Source: the human T2T-CHM13v2.0 reference genome, Homo sapiens. Taken from it: a DNA stretch of 64,000 nt. The stretch lies in the NCBI RefSeq assembly GCF_009914755.1, contig NC_060947.1. One strand, written 5' to 3'. Both the position numbers and the translations under genes were made by a program. Shown here piece after piece: positions 61,484 through 64,000 of this stretch (position 1 is the first letter of the stretch; every line of letters begins with the position of its first letter). Below the pieces are notes generated by a model. It ran no database searches, had not been told where the DNA came from, and saw only the letters and a list, made by a program, of their open reading frames with translations.

Positions 61484-63704
61484 ACCTTCAAGTAATTTTC
61501 CAAACATGCTTCACAAACCTTGAAGTACGTGCAAATATTTTAGATGGACAAACAGACTATATTAAAACATTTTCCAAGAGATTCCTTATCTCATTTTGTT
61601 GAATGTGAGAAAGCAAGACGAAGAGGATTTGTAACTTGTGATACAAAATAGGGCACAATCAAATCTAATCTCACCTGAGATCTTCACCTCACCTTTGTCA
61701 GCAAATAGATTCTTTCTTTTGCACCCTGCACTATAAGTATTCTGCATCTATTAGTTTTCTTATCAGCATGAATAAATAATTTTACAACATAGTTCTTGAA
61801 TTAACAAACTATTTTGCTCCAAATACCTATTTCATAATTTCTCTTTAGTTAAAGTTTGATTCTGTTCTTTGTGACATTCATAGTTCTGAATTTATATTTT
61901 TACTTCTTAAGCAGGGGATTTATATTTTTTGTTTCAAACTAGTGGTATTCTTTATCTGATCAATTTCAGACTGAAATTAGATTGGCGTAAGTGAACAATT
62001 AATTTGGATGTTAGTAATGGGAAATTTGAGTTCTCTGCGCAGACTGGCAGAACGTCTCGTTGGGACATGATCTGAGAGTAAAATTTTGCAGTATGGAAAA
62101 TGACTATGCCTTCTGACTATACTTGTCAGAAGAAGGTAGCCTACAACTAGCCGAAAATGGTCAAACTAAGATTTATGGACCAAACAAATTAAAATACCAG
62201 TAAAGGGCACTGAAATCCATTAAGTGACTTATCCAAGCTAATGCCAGACAAGACGGCAACCAAAGACTAAAAATAATTATGTTTAGTGCAAGCTCTTGGC
62301 AAATAAGGAGACAATATATCTGCAGTTCAACAAAATCAATGGATTTTGAGTACCTGCATATGTTAGGCATTGTAATTGATAATAGGAATACAAAGATGAA
62401 AATGTATTTTCCTATTTTTATTTCCCATAGTCTTCATTGGAAGACATTTGTATTTCCACCTTAAACTTTTATTTTTAAGTAGTGAAAGCAGAGGGACTCC
62501 ATTATGTAGTAGAAAACACAATGGATGTTCTAGATTCAATTTGTGGAGTCAATCCGAGTCTTTTTTGGAGAAGAACAACAGAAATATTTTACATTTTTTG
62601 CCAAGAAGTATAAAGTGCATATTTCAAATGGCTGTTATTGCAAGAAAGAGTGGATTAATCATATAAGTATTCAACAGGCACTTAAGGAGACCGATTGTGT
62701 TCAGTTAAATAATTTCACTTCTATAGATGCCAAATCACTGGATTCTATAACACATGGTAAGACCAGCATGATTTGTTAAGTGACAGAGACAACTTGAAGA
62801 GTGCAAAGAACATACCATTGTCAAAAGACTTGAGGTTTAGTATTTCTTCAGTCATTACTCAATCTTTAGGAACCTCAATTCATCTTCTTATAACATGGAT
62901 ATAGTAATCTGTATATCTTGGGGCTTTGGTAGAAACCAAATGTAATTATATACATCAAAGAACATTGTAATCTGTAAAATATTATTCCTGAAAAGAATGC
63001 GCTTAATGAAGCATCATAATTGATTACATATGATTCTTCCTTATCCTTAATTTAACTTTCAAAATATCACTCAATTTGTCGTTCTCTTCTCAGCCCAAGG
63101 AATTAAATGGTGAATTTCAAATAACCTCTAATGGTCATCTATTTTCAAAGTAGAATTTATGATTCTGTGTGCCCAATTTTGTTTTCTTCCCACTATACCT
63201 GGGTGCCTATTGATACTAACCTAGTTTAAGCACTTATCACCTCGTATTTTTAAATCTTACAATCATATCCTTATCACTTCAATTTATCTAAGGTCTCTCT
63301 TTTCAAATCATCCAGCATGTAATCTTTAAAATGACTTTTCCGAAACATAATTTTTACAATATTACGGAAAATATTTGTTGTTTGAAGTCATACAGACAAA
63401 GCTAAGCCCTATGTCTTACTAGTTACAAGACCTTTCTTCTTATTCACTTCTCTGTGAATAATAGTGTCTGTCTCCTAGGGTTGAATTGAGAACAACCAAG
63501 TATATAGTTTGCACAGTATCTGGATTAGAGAAATGCTCCAATTGGACCTCTACCACCTAATCCTGACTCACTTTATAACTGAGTAGTTTATCGTCATCCA
63601 TGGGATAAGTATGAAAATACAAACTCCTTTGTGATTCCGTATACTCCAAAATGTTTCTAGTCTTCTCCATCACCGATTCTTTTCCTGCTGAAACCATTCG
63701 TTTG

Positions 63705-63795
63705 CTTATTTATTTATTTATTTATTTAATGGCGTACAACATAATGTTTTGATATATGTGTTTGTTGTGAAATGATTATATCAAGCTAATTAATC
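63705..63795 (-). mobile_element. L1MA 3' terminal fragment with (TTTA)n tail
   Basis: (ttta)n followed by gtacaacataatgttttgatatatg...atcaagctaattaa. Confidence 0.65.
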
Positions 63796-64000
63796 AAATC
63801 CTCTATTTCATCCAAACTGTTTTAATTTTCTGAAATCCCTATACTATTCACTTGGTCTCATGGCCTCTACAATATCTTGCCCTGTAATTATGTGAATCCT
63901 ATCAAGTATTCAAGTCTGAGCATTTGCTAACCTTTTTTAATAAACCTGACTACTTTCAACTCAAACTGCTACTTCTAAGTATCAAAAATATTTACTAGAT

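Overview
Primate (human-like) nuclear DNA that is AT-rich and CpG-poor. It looks intergenic or deep-intronic. I see no host protein-coding exon, RNA gene, CpG island or CRISPR array. A large part of the window is transposable-element debris: 12 Alus (AluJ/S/Y), L1s from old L1M to a young L1PA2-like copy, MaLR/ERV LTRs (MLT1D, THE1C, MSTB, LTR33-, LTR16- and MER21-like), DNA transposons (MER104, Tigger3, MER33) and many L2/MIR fragments. All long ORFs are L1 ORF2 remnants. Subfamily names come from my recall of consensus sequences and need RepeatMasker/Dfam confirmation. I cannot support a new biological system here. The most informative signals are (1) three 5'-inverted (twin-primed) L1s, one with a 17-bp micro-inversion and one with a chimeric 356-aa RT-containing ORF, (2) an L1 with two large internal deletions, (3) an Alu inserted into another Alu's target duplication, (4) several templated micro-insertions and local duplications, (5) an Alu tail expanded into a (GGAA)16/(AAAG)17 tract, and (6) an E-box-dense candidate enhancer near 19.6 kb.
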